DNA of 63,819 nucleotides, filler included, from Sluysia triapertura (taxonomy: Eukaryota), in assembly GCA_046118255.1 (NCBI GenBank). It is 5 parts of 5 records of this genome, joined end to end, with 100 filler letters (N's around TTAATTAATTAA, not from the genome) between each part and the next. Parts side by side here need not be neighbours in the genome. Positions count along the whole stretch, not along the records: positions 1 to 13,765 come from JBJNIA010021403.1; positions 13,866 to 24,682 come from JBJNIA010193084.1; positions 24,783 to 40,596 come from JBJNIA010217807.1; 2 more parts are not named here. One strand, given 5' to 3'. Positions 13,444 through 24,875 of the stretch are shown piece by piece (the first letter of the stretch is position 1; every line of letters begins with the position of its first letter). The notes below the pieces were generated by a model that was given only the letters and a program-made list of their open reading frames with translations, did not search any database and was not told where the DNA came from. Made by a program: the position numbers and the translations under genes.

Positions 13444-13765
13444 TGTAGTGGTCAACACTCACAACTTAAAATTTATTAAAACATAACATTCAACATCCAT
13501 AACTCAAAGTCCACTAAAACAATTTCTAAATCAACCACATTTCATACTATCGAACTCCACCAACTCAATCATCATAAACAACACTCGACATTTATAACAT
13601 CACATCAATTCATATATCAACAATTCGAATAACATTCTCAACCATCCATTTCACAACATACTCCGCTAATTAATCCCAAATAATCTATAACATTCACTCA
13701 AAAGCTATTTCATCAAACAAACCACAACCATAATATACAATACACAAATCATAAATACAATAACA
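13444..13765 (+). repeat. TGTAGTGGTCAAC-initiated G-depleted repeat head, cut by a gap
   Basis: 13-bp start motif followed by ~320 bp almost without G, up to the N gap. Confidence 0.75.
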
Positions 13766-13865
13766 NNNNNNNNNNNNNNNNNNNNNNNNNNNNNNNNNNN
13801 NNNNNNNNNTTAATTAATTAANNNNNNNNNNNNNNNNNNNNNNNNNNNNNNNNNNNNNNNNNNNN
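13766..13865. other. Artificial assembly gap/linker
   Basis: 44 N + TTAATTAATTAA + 44 N; the 12-mer has stop codons in all six frames. Confidence 0.98.
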
Positions 13866-13907
13866 AGAGTGAACAAAAAACGAAAGTTAATTTAACTTAT
13901 GCTTTGC

Positions 13908-13990
13908 TGTGAGTTCCTTACAATCTTAGGCTTACGCACTTAAGAGCTAAGTTGTAAGCAGTATTTTAAAAAAACTTATGTGGAGGTATA
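13908..13990 (+). repeat. Terminus of the dispersed TGTGAGTTCC... repeat
   Basis: TGTGAGTTCCTTACAATCTTAGGCTTACGCACTTAAGAGCTAAGTTG matches the reverse complement of 6840-6919. Confidence 0.65.
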
Positions 13991-15341
13991 GCAAGTTGAG
14001 ATTAAGTGGTTTATACTTTTTCAGTTAAGGTTACTCTATTTTACGTAAAGCTAGTGTCGGCTCTTTAAATTAAAGATTAGAATCGGCTCTTTATAGTTAC
14101 AAAAATTAGTCAACAATCTTTTGGGCAAGGCTGGTTAATTTTGTTGAATGTCAATTTAGGTTTTTTGTAACAAAATGTTCTAAAGGATTTTAAATAATAA
14201 AATTCAAATAATTTAAGTTGATTTTACAACCATATTTCAAAAACGGTTTGTCTAAATTTTTTAATCTTTTCTTTATAGGATTTTGAGTAGAGTTTTCGAC
14301 TGAATAAAATCGGCGGCCTTATGTTAACTAATAAATAAAAGTCAATTACAAAAATGAAATGTATATTAATTAAAGAAAAATTATACAATAAGGGTATTAT
14401 AAAAATATATATGTATAGTTTAATAAGATTATGATATAATCTTTTACCGTAAGTTTAATTAATTAATTACCTCCCTCTTAAAAAGGGGGTCGTGAGAAAG
14501 AACTAAAATGAATATTAAGTATGTAATTTACCATCATTTAAAAAAGAATTAAACTTATAAAAAACAAATTAACGGTTAACAAATATGTTTAATAAATCAA
14601 TGTGATTGAATAATTTCCAATATACTTCGAAGAAAATCAGAGAGTTGAATCAATATGTCGAATAATCCGTTAACTTTCAAGCTAGAAACTTCCAAGAGAA
14701 ATTTGAAAATTTTTTGTCTCAATGTGATTTTTGCGAAGTATTTATATTATTTAATTATCGGCCTTGACCGATATATTTTAAAAACAGAATTAATTTATTT
14801 AAAGAACATTAAAGAATTAAAGAGTAATATAATATTAATAATAATTTAATAATAATAAATAACAAAATAATAAATAATAATAATAATCCTAATAATAATA
14901 ATACCAACAATAAAAATTAAGTATTTTTAGAATTAATCAATACATATAATATTTACATATTAAGTATTTTTAGAATAATCAATTTTATACATATAATATT
15001 TACATAAATTAATCGATATACATTACTTTATTACACATCAATTTATTTATTTTTAGAATTTGTACTAATTTTTTGACTTTATTGACAATATAATCGTCCA
15101 TATTTTTGTTCATATTAAAAGTAGTAAAACAATATTTGAAAATTAAAATAAATTTTATGACGATATTTTTATTAGACTTTTATCTATATAACCGTTATCA
15201 TCTCTTCTACCGAGCATCACTTCAGATTATACTTGTAATAATGGACCATGTGGACACAACAAAATTTTTCAATTTGCTCCTAGAAAGTAAAATAATCCTT
15301 TGAGCTTTTAATCTTCGATTAAATTGAACGTTCTAAGTTGC

Positions 15342-15540
15342 CGTGGTGACCCAACTCATTATTCGAAATTCGAGTTTAAAATTGATCAATGAAAAGAAAG
15401 TGAAATTTCTATAATTCAACCGCAATTCTCTCAATTTTCTGCCATAATTCTCTTCTTTATTCACAACTTTCTATCACTTTTAGTACTTGACAGCTTCAAC
15501 TTCATTTAATACACTTTCTCTCACTCTTATTCCTCCATTA
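15342..15540 (+). repeat. (C)GTGGTGACCCAAC-initiated G-poor repeat (subfamily B)
   Basis: Colinear with 7610-7880. Confidence 0.65.
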
Positions 15541-17607
15541 GAAACAGGTTCTACTTCGAAAATGCTGTTCAATGTACAGAAAACAGAGTTCTTATAATAA
15601 TTGGTATTCCATCAAATCAGAATTCCTCATCTGTTACATCAACTTTGGTAATTCTTCTACTAATGAAATTTTTACAATGCGAAAATTTTCGACAAAGGAA
15701 TAATAAGTCTGTGTGAAAGTGTAGCGAAAAGAATAAAATAAAAGAAAAAGAAATACATGAAAACTACGAAACGTTTAAAGAAGAAAATACAAAACTTAAG
15801 AATGATTCTGAAATGAAATCAAATGAATTAATAACTAAATGGAAAGATGAAAACGATGAAGAGACTGTTTCATGGGAAATGTTAAATACAGTGTCAGTTG
15901 TCAAACAAATTAAAACTAATCCAATCAAAAGTTTTTTTATCGGTTATCAGTAAGCGAACTTTGTCGAACATGTACACAAAAGTTTTCAGAAGACAAAGAA
16001 AACGAAAGAATCGAAGACAATCAATTAAATCATAATCTGTGTTGTCATTCAATCAAAATAAATAATGTGCAGATTATGTTATGGGCCATTTGTTTATTGC
16101 CATTTCAAAGTTTGCTACCGATGACGAACAACTGATTCTACAGCTTGTCACACCAGTGTGTTATACTGACGTCTACTAAATGTTTTCGTAATAACATTGG
16201 ACTAATGAAGTAAGAAATCTTACCAATCTTTTGTTTATCTATTTTTCTGATGATTCTGGAAATTCATTCTTTCAATTATTTTATTCCCTTTATGTCCATA
16301 TAATAAATATTCGTTGAAATTTTATTTTGAATTTCGTTTTATAATATTCAAAATGTTAAATTTTATTATCAATTTAAATATTCATGAATTTTCATTAAGT
16401 TTAATAATATCCAAACAAACTAGCGAATTTTTACGAATATTTGCATGTATAATCGCTTTAAATGACTTCACCAATAACACATTTCTTAAGAGTAGACCAT
16501 CTAACTAAGATTATCAATCACTTTTCGTACCTTTCTAGTGATAGAGACGTATCGCATGTTCTGAACAATTATTTATCTTAACCAAACTATTTCTCTTAAT
16601 AAATTGATTTCTTTAATACTAGTTTCTTATGCTAGTAAAAACATTACCAAAGATTTTCAGTGAATATTAACCCTAAACTTATTTAAAGGAAAAACCTATT
16701 AAAATATGACTTATTATTACAAATGATTGGATACAATATTATAAACTAACACGAATCAGTAAAATCGAATTATTAAAATCAATATAGCAATATTACCACC
16801 AATTTACGAGATCGAATAATTTACCAAGAAATCATAAGTTATATCATTTTTGTCCTTTGTAGTATATCTAATTTGTAGTCACTAAGCATTATTTCTTTAT
16901 TTGAAAAATAAAATTTATTTTGTTGCTAGGCATTTCTCCTTTTCTTTATAAATTATTAATTTAGTTACTGGGTGTTATGTCCTAATTAAAATAAAAATTT
17001 ATTATTATTTTTATCACAATTATTATCAATATTATTATTATAATTATTACTGTTATTATTATTCTCTTTATTATTATTATCATTATTATTATTACTATTA
17101 TTACTGTTACTATTATACTATTACTACTATTATTATAATAGTATTATAATTATTATCATAATTATCGTTATTATTATTCTTTTGTATGTGTAAATTTAAA
17201 CATATATTCCAGTTCTTTACAGATATCCATTCATCGAGCATCCTTGCGACCTTACTTTGACAACTCTTATGCACTTTTTTTCTAGATAGATTTACCCTAT
17301 TTTAAAAACCTGTCAGAAATACTTGTTGAAGATTTAGTACTTGAAAACCTCGAGCTAAAAGAGATTTTAAGAATATTCCATCAACCGCTCTAAATATTTT
17401 TATAAAAAGATTCGTCATATTGATTTTAGAAGTAACTTGTTACATTCGATTTTTCATTATTTTGTGTCATATTAGATGGCAAACAATGGATTGTGGTTGG
17501 ATACTAATTAAACCACCTAGGGTTTTAATGTATTTTACATATTTCTTAATTATACCACATTATCTTGATTCTTGATTAAAATTATAGCCAGACTGAGTTT
17601 CCCTTTA

Positions 17608-17962
17608 TGTCCTAAAGTGGCATAAAGTGCTACAAAATAATGACAGTGTAATTGACTATAATAAAACAAAAATGTTAAACGGGGCTGATAGCTCAGTGGT
17701 TAGAGAATCGAACTGCACAGCTGTGAAAGGATTTCTGGCTAGATTCCCGGTCAGTCAGTTTGATGAAGTCTAACATTTGGTGAGCCCACATATCGAATAC
17801 TATTCTGATGTTGAATTAAATATTAAACATAATTAAATTAGGTGAGATATGTTGGGGTGCAGCCTAGCGTGCCAAAGATTAATAATAGTATAATTGACTG
17901 TAACTCAGTGGTCGGAGCTCAATGGTTCGATTCCCGGTCAGTCCATTTTATGAAGTCTAACA
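17608..17962 (+). mobile_element. Miniature non-autonomous LTR retrotransposon (TRIM) with tRNA-containing LTRs
   Basis: LTR1 ~17608-17775 (ends GAAGTCTAACA), PBS-like TGGTGAGCCC.. at 17778, 74-bp internal region, purine-rich AGGTGAGA at 17840-17847, LTR2 17850-17962 (TGTTGGGG..GAAGTCTAACA). Both LTRs keep A-box/B-box tRNA remnants. Confidence 0.75.
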
Positions 17963-18497
17963 TATATAAGAATCGATAAACCGACATTTCTAAAAAGGAT
18001 TCTAAAAAATAATTACTCATATCTCTATACTGGAGTTAATATGAAATATTATGACTAAGCGCAATTAATTGTTTATGAATAAATCTAATTAAAATTAAAT
18101 AAAATAATTATTTAAAATTAATTATTTAAAATTAATAAAATTAATTATTTATGAATAAATCTAATTAAAATTAAATAAAATGACTCTTTATTTGAAATGA
18201 AAAAACACTAATTTTAACACTATTTGTAAAATAATTCAAAATTTGTACTAAGAGCCTTTCAAATACAAAACATAAATTTATTGTTTATTTATTAATTTTT
18301 CTTAAAGTTTTTGTGTTTCTATTTAAAATAAATAAAATTTAAAATGCCGGAAAAAGCGTCATCGATAGTTTGAGTGGGGATTTATACTTATCTTAAAATA
18401 AGTTCTAAATGTAGAATCGAAATACTCATTTTACATAGCGTTCTCTAAAATTTTCCCGTTCACTCTCACAATTATTGAATCATATACCAATTATTGA

Positions 18498-18589
18498 TTA
18501 ACACTTCCCTGTCGCCAATTTTTTTAGATCAACCCTTTCGGGACGAGCTATTTTTATTCATCTAGAAGCTTTTTTTCGTATGATCCATG
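18498..18589 (-). mobile_element. 3' end (last codons, stop, terminus) of a piggyBac element whose body lies at 23030-23330
   Basis: TTAA (18498-18501)|CACTTCCCTGTCGCC terminus; the minus strand from 18587 supplies MDHTKKSF* when joined to 23030. Confidence 0.8.
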
Positions 18590-18686
18590 CCGTGTTTCCC
18601 CGAAAGTAAGACAGGGATTATATTTATTTTCACTACAAAATATGACACTAGGGTTTATTTGTTGGTGGGTGTCCTATTTTCATTTA

Positions 18687-19820
18687 TGTGGTGACCAACC
18701 TGTAACTGTTACACATTTTATTCTACCATCACACAAACCCACATTCACTATCAGAATCTACAATGTACATTTTAAAAACTCATTAAAAACATTTTTACAT
18801 ATTGTTTAATATCAACATAATCAAAATCATATTTTTCAACATTGCACAACTACCTTTTTAGAATGTACCAAAATCTAGGTTATAACTAATCTCCTTCAGA
18901 TCCACTAAAATATTCTATTTTCAATACAATCTTCTAACATCAAAACATTACTTTTATTCAAAAACATCAAAATATATTTAAAAATTCATTTAAAACATAT
19001 CATCTATTATCTTATAACGTTAAAATTACATTCAAATTCAGACCATCAATGCACATTAAAACCTAGTTAAAACATTTCATTCATCATTTCACAACATCAG
19101 AATTACAATTACACCTTCAAAATAATTGAAAACATCTCAAATTCATAGTATAATCACATCGGAGTCACATTCACTTTCAGAATTAAGAGCTTATAATTAA
19201 AAACTTCATAAAAACATTTTATTCATAACTCATAACCTTATAAGTATAATATGTACCGTGAAGGTAATCTAAAACTATACAAGTCCACAGTTCTTTAATA
19301 CTCAACCATTCTAAGAACTTCAAATATGTTCAGAACTAGCATTACGGTAAATAAAGATAATTCAAATATGTCGAGAAAAAGAAAGTTAAATATTAGAAAG
19401 ATTGTGTTATTATTATTAGAAAATTTAAAAGGTTTATCATTTTAGAATAATAGTAATAGTAATAACATTGTTATTATTATTATTACTATCATCATTTTAA
19501 TGTTACATTATTTTTATTAACAATTTCATTAATTATTAATTGTGTACCTACCACTATCAGTGGTGATATTATTGATTCGTATTTGCAGTTTATTGTCACT
19601 ACTGATAGTGGTTATGTTTCTAACAAATGTAAAAATTCAGTATTATTCAACCTGCTATCAGTCGACATGCATTTAAAATCATTTGCAGTTGCTTTATTAA
19701 CTGTCGACTGATGACAGTTCATTACGCATATCCTATATCAGTCTTAATAAGTATTTTGATGACTGCCCAATCAAAATTATTAATGTCGTTTGTTTCTCTT
19801 GTTTTGATTGGGCAGCCACT
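18687..19820 (+). repeat. TGTGGTGACCAAC family: ~1.1-kb head ending in a CCAAT inverted repeat
   Basis: Start motif, ~600 bp G-poor tract, then AAATATGTC.AGAA, CTATCAGTGG, TCAGTCGACAT and an inverted repeat at 19763-19776/19802-19815, colinear with 34381-35385. Confidence 0.75.
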
Positions 19821-19939
19821 TGCAATATCCAGAAGATTTATCAGCAACTGACAAAAATATTTACTAGATTATTTTTTTCTCAACCAGTTTCTGATTGTCA
19901 TTTTTCGCTAAAAACATTGAATGACAATTAATAGTAAAG

Positions 19940-20808
19940 AAGACATGGAACTTAGATTGAAAGCTCATACTGAATTAATAAATGTTAGAGATCCTTTTTC
20001 AAAATTAAGATTTCAATGTATGTCAAATGGTGAACCACACACGACAATAACTCCAAGAATTAATTATAAAGAAAATTTTGAAATAACTACTCTACGATTT
20101 GATGGTGCAACAGATGGCCACAAAGTATAAGTTAAATTTACAAAAGATTGGAAAATAGATGCCGAAAAACGTGATTTAACTATTAATTCTTTATATTTAG
20201 ATGATGATGTTCTTGTTTATTATTACTTCGGTAGCATTAAAGATTTAGATCTTAATATTATCCGTTTTGTTGGAAACAGTGTTAATCGAATCCAAGAAGA
20301 TTATTTAAGAATTTTACTATGTTTTAGATCTTTTGGAAGAATTTCGGAACAATCACATTCACACGTTTAAGGAATTTTACCTGATATTAAACAAAATTAA
20401 AAAATATTCGTGGTGAATGTATTTGGGCAGAAGTGAGTAAAGTTATTAAAGATATATTGAAGCGAATGTTTGAAGTAAATTTATTTCCTTATATTGGTTT
20501 AGTAAAAAATAATTTTGAAACTAAGAAAAAACGATTTCGTGAGTTTTATGAAAACTTGCAGAAAATGATGCCGCAATTTTTTAGGATTAATTATTGATAA
20601 TGTCAACGAATTAGATATTTTTCACAAATGGTTGAAGTTAAGTAATAATGAATTATTTATTATGCTTTATTTATTGGATAAACGTAATTTGAATGTGACA
20701 TTAAAAAATTTACAAGATAACTTCATTATGTTGGAAAATAAAAAACGAATTCAACATAATCGATTGAAAATAAGTCAATTTGAATCGTTGAAATTATTAG
20801 AAATATAG
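19940..20808 (+). pseudogene. TRNT1: Intronless disabled CCA tRNA nucleotidyltransferase (class II)
   Basis: GEPHTTITPRINYKENFEITTLRFD..TDGH, FTKDWKIDAEKRDLTINSL, IRFVGNSVNRIQEDYLRIL, IRGECIWAEV, FPYIGL and LKLSNNEL follow TRNT1. In-frame stops (e.g. 20128-20130), frameshifts, and no catalytic GG..RD/DxD segment. Confidence 0.92.
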
Positions 20809-21929
20809 GAAATAATTAATTATTATTATAATTACTATATGATTATTGATTTTGTTATAATAATTACTATACAAATGATCTTTTGGTAAACAACATTTAT
20901 TGAAATTGAAAATTTTATTGGAATTTTATTTAAAAAATGTAAGTATTAAAATATTTTATTTAAGAAAAATGATAATTAATTAAACCGAGTTAAAATAAAA
21001 ATTAATTAATTAACTAACTTGAATTAAAATAAATATAAACGTTTTAATTGTTTAATCAAAATCAGTTAGTTTTACAAGGTTATTTAAAACATTCTTACAG
21101 AGTTTTTCGCATTTTATACTTACTTTAATCAGTTCACAGGATTGCATTTTAACTTGGATTTCAAATTGTTAAATATCCTTAGTTTTATTTTATAGGTAAC
21201 GCGACAATTTAGTTCGCAAGGTAATATTTACTCAAAATCATTGTAAATTCTTTTCGGTTAACGTTTAAATTTGTTAACCAAGTAAAATGTCATTTATTAA
21301 ATTGAATTTAAATAAGGTTATAATATAAATAATTTTTGTAAAATCTCTATTATTATAAATTTTATTTTTGACTTTGTAATAATAACATTATTCATGTAAC
21401 ATTTTTATTATAATATACCTTAGTGTCATTTGATTTAGTTTTGATTTAAGAAGGTTCAGTTTAATTAAACCTGAGAAAATTTTATTAAGATATTTTACAA
21501 TTTCTTTCTGGTTCATTTTAAGAACCAAAGTAAAATACTAAATTTTGTAAACAGTTTTATTTAAAACCGAAATAAAATTTAATCATATTCGAAATCCCTT
21601 CTAGAAGTTAATACATATTTTCATTGAACATTAAGGATGAATTTCACTCTTATAATCTTTACTTGATGAACTAACGTTATTTATACATTTAACAATTAAA
21701 TTTAAACTAATTATCTCAATAGATATTACTGAAAGAATAAAACTAAACAATAAAAACATGTATTACACGAAATTTGACAAAAAATTTAAATTTTTATTAT
21801 ATTCATAAAATTCTTTAATTTTGTTTGAGTATGCCACAGGACCAGACGTACGTAATTTTCTAAATAAAATTAAATATATAAAATTATGATCACAAAGAAG
21901 AATCAAAACAAAGTCATTTTTTACCTTAA

Positions 21930-22600
21930 ACTTGCAATGGTTTTGAGGGATGGAAGCATTGCGAATCTGGTAATCATTGGTGAATGTCGAACACTTCATG
22001 GTTGGTTTCTCGAAGTGCGGCGTAATCTTTAAACTTTTAACACGTTCATGATGATTATCAATATCAATATCAATGAATTCGCTTCTTCTCTTAAAAGTCT
22101 TGTTGCCAGAGCAAAAGTCCCTGAAGATAATAAATAATATACATTATTAAATAAATCTAAAAGTGGTCTTCGTCCGGAGTGAAGGACATATTTTACTTTA
22201 ACCTTTTAATGTAAACCTTTTAGGGAAATAATTAAAAAATTAAGAAGTAGAAAGATCTTATAGCGGTGACCAAAAAAATATTAATTATGTAAGTGATAAT
22301 GATGATAAATATAAGAGAAATAAAAGCCCAAAATTTATAAGAAATAAAAATATTTCAGATAATTATAATGGTAATTCCTCAATTATGATGGATATAATAA
22401 TAATTGAAATAATAATTATAATAGATTTAATAGCATTTCAAATAGTTATAAGGATAATTCATATAAGTATAATTCTAATAATTATAGAGGAAATAACAAT
22501 AATAGAAGTAGAGGATGTTAGAATAATAGAGCAAGTAATTATGGTGCATCTAACTATGAAAAAAGACCACTTAGTTCTAATTTCAATAATTTAGCATAAA
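21930..22600 (+). mobile_element. Ty3/Gypsy gag-like remnant
   Basis: INEFASSLKSLVARAKVPE..LLNKSKSGLRPE resembles the retrotransposon gag F...L..L...A..GL.P pattern, followed by an N/Y/R/G low-complexity tail (NNYRGNNNNRSRG). Confidence 0.45.
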
Positions 22601-23029
22601 AATCAATAAATTATAATGCACACATAATGTATTTTTATTTCCATTGTCTTCACACAATGAACATTCTTAATTTAACTGATTTTCATTATTTTAAGTCATT
22701 CTCATGGATATTGTGCGACAAAGAAGAAATGCTTTGATAATTGCTAATAAAATCTTACTTGGAGGAGCATTGTCTGAAAGTGAATCACAATCAGAATCTT
22801 GTTATTGTCAGTCATAATCAGAATACTTTGACAATAAAAGCATCTCAGATAATTGTGCTTTAAACACAGAAGTATATGCTAAAGAATGTATTTAACGTCG
22901 TCTCAAGCAATTCATTAACTTTTAATAGGCATTCTAATCGGCTATCAACAAGGGCTTATTTTAGGAGTAGGTCTTAAATTAAAATCATCCTGAAGCTTAA
23001 CGCTAGATCTTATTTTCGAGGAAACACAA

Positions 23030-23330
23030 TAATGAAACCGTCGGACAAATATAACCCCACATTATAATCATTAAACACATATCTGGTCTTCTTTTTTTCC
23101 TTCCACTGCATACAATGCAAACTTTTTGAGAGTTTAAGGCAGTGGTGTCAAACCTTTTTGCTTTACGGGCCGCATGATTTGCCTCCGCGGGCCGCCACTT
23201 TGACACGACTGGTTTAAGGTAAGGAGAGATACGATAGTGAATGATGGAAAATGATTTTCAGAAGGTGTTCTTCTCTCAATATTGAGAATTCCAAATGCTA
23301 TCCGTTACAACTCTGAAAGATACAAGTTGA
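23030..23330 (-). mobile_element. piggyBac (PGBD4-like) transposase C-terminal remnant
   Basis: HFPS, QKVCIVCSGRKK and TRYVFNDYNVGLYLSDGFI; the missing cysteines are each one substitution from TGT. Confidence 0.75.
23140..23211. mobile_element. 72-bp hAT (Charlie-like) MITE
   Basis: TIRs CAGTGGTGTCAAA..TTTGACACGACTG, internal GGGCCGC motifs and a perfect 8-bp TSD GTTTAAGG (23132-23139, 23212-23219). Confidence 0.92.
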
Positions 23331-24359
23331 ATAAGTAACTCAGCATTGACGCAGGAGTTAAAATAATACTTTAGGTAAACCTCCATTAGCTATAAATTAC
23401 TTTTCTAAAAATCCTACGAACTAGCCGTAACTCGTAAGACTAGGATCGTAGGTGGACTCACATTATATTAAGCATTTTATTGTAAACGTTACACAACGCA
23501 TTCCTGCATTAATAATTTTCCTTATATTTTCAAAAAATTTAAAAAGTTGAAGCATTTTATTATTTTCTAAATAATAATTATAATCATAATAGTAGCATAA
23601 TGTTTTATATGCAAAATAAGAACTGTAGAAGCGGTTCTTTAATTTGAATATATTTAGTAATTCGACAAATATTTCTATTTTTATTACATTCTTCATTTAT
23701 TTTATTACAAAATCATAAAAGATAATATCCAAATAATCATAAAATTCATCTAAAATATCTCTGATTGAATTACTTGGTGGTCTAATTACTACTACTACTA
23801 CTTATAAATACTTATTCGTATCAGTAGTGTTTAAATGATTGATAGTCAACTAATTTAACACTTATTCGATTTTTTATAATAACTCCAATACCGCTACCAT
23901 TTGATCTTTCTCGACATTTTCAAAAAATTTAATATCTATTTAGAGGTCTATTTAGAGGAAATAATGAATTAAATATTTTGACATTATTGATCCAATTTTC
24001 TTATAAACAAATAATACATAATTTTATTTTGAACAGACCTAATATTGTGAAATTTAATGTAGTCATTTTATAGAGCTGTTTTTATTTATAGTCATAATTT
24101 TTATTGTTTTTTAAAATTTCCCATATATTATGGATATTTACCTGAATTAGCTGCATTATTATAGTAATTGGTGAACTTGTAGAACTGTTCAGTTTCTTTA
24201 TTCGGGCAAGTTTTTCTTCTACTATTATTATTATAAAAGTATAAATAGATTTGTCTATTTGATTTATGAACAAATTATTGAATGCGATAACATTAATGAA
24301 TATTATGATGATTCTTGTCTCCATACCTTTGAAGAGGAATCTATATTTTACATTCAAAT

Positions 24360-24682
24360 TGTGGTGGCCAACCACACACCTTGAGAATTTTATTCCAGTA
24401 ATCCACAATAAAAACCATTTTTGCGAACATTCACAATTGTCATTATCACAAAGCTTTTCAAACATAGAATTTCACATCACTCTATACGCTTTTACATTTA
24501 AATCTTTTCATATTTTATCTCTTTACTTTCAATAAAATCCTATCACAAATTTTTCAAAACATTTCCATTTCATATTTCATAACATTAAAATTTCATACAT
24601 GGTAGACTTTTAACGCACATAAAATTTTACCTAAAATATTTTAACCTATAATTCATACCATTCAAACCACAACTTACATCTC
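24360..24682 (+). repeat. TGTGGTGGCCAAC-initiated G-depleted repeat head, cut by a gap
   Basis: Start motif followed by a G-poor tract running into the N gap. Confidence 0.75.
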
Positions 24683-24782
24683 NNNNNNNNNNNNNNNNNN
24701 NNNNNNNNNNNNNNNNNNNNNNNNNNTTAATTAATTAANNNNNNNNNNNNNNNNNNNNNNNNNNNNNNNNNNNNNNNNNNNN
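24683..24782. other. Artificial assembly gap/linker
   Basis: 44 N + TTAATTAATTAA + 44 N. Confidence 0.98.
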
Positions 24783-24788
24783 TGTAAT

Positions 24789-24875
24789 GCTATTTGTCAA
24801 AAATTCAATAACATAGTTAATTAAATTAATTTTTTGAAAATCAGTTTGTAAACAGTTTACAGTATTAAAATAATT
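24789..24875 (+). repeat. ~90-bp dispersed repeat, second copy at ~47007-47093
   Basis: GCTATTTGTCAAAAATTCAATAACA.AGTTAATTAAATTAATTTTTT..AAAATCAGTTTGTAAACAGTTTACA.TATTAAAATAAT is nearly identical at both sites. Confidence 0.85.

Larger units (their letters stand above)
18590..23029. mobile_element. Tc2/pogo-type TIR element split by a ~4.25-kb insertion
   Basis: Left end CCGTGTTTCCCCGAAAGTAAGAC (18590), right end GATCTTATTTTCGAGGAAACACAA followed by TA (23030-23031). GGGCTTATTTT/GGTCTTA-like subterminal motifs in both arms (18590-18686 and ~22950-23029). Confidence 0.75.

Noticed and set aside
13810-13821. TTAATTAATTAA palindrome repeated four times in the window
   Set aside because: Always centred in a fixed 100-bp N block: a scaffolding linker, not biology. 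Adjacency across gaps is therefore uncertain.
17608-20808. Operon-like pairing of tRNA-like repeats with a CCA-adding enzyme
   Set aside because: They sit in separate insertion layers, the enzyme copy is dead, and the repeat is common enough that proximity is expected by chance.
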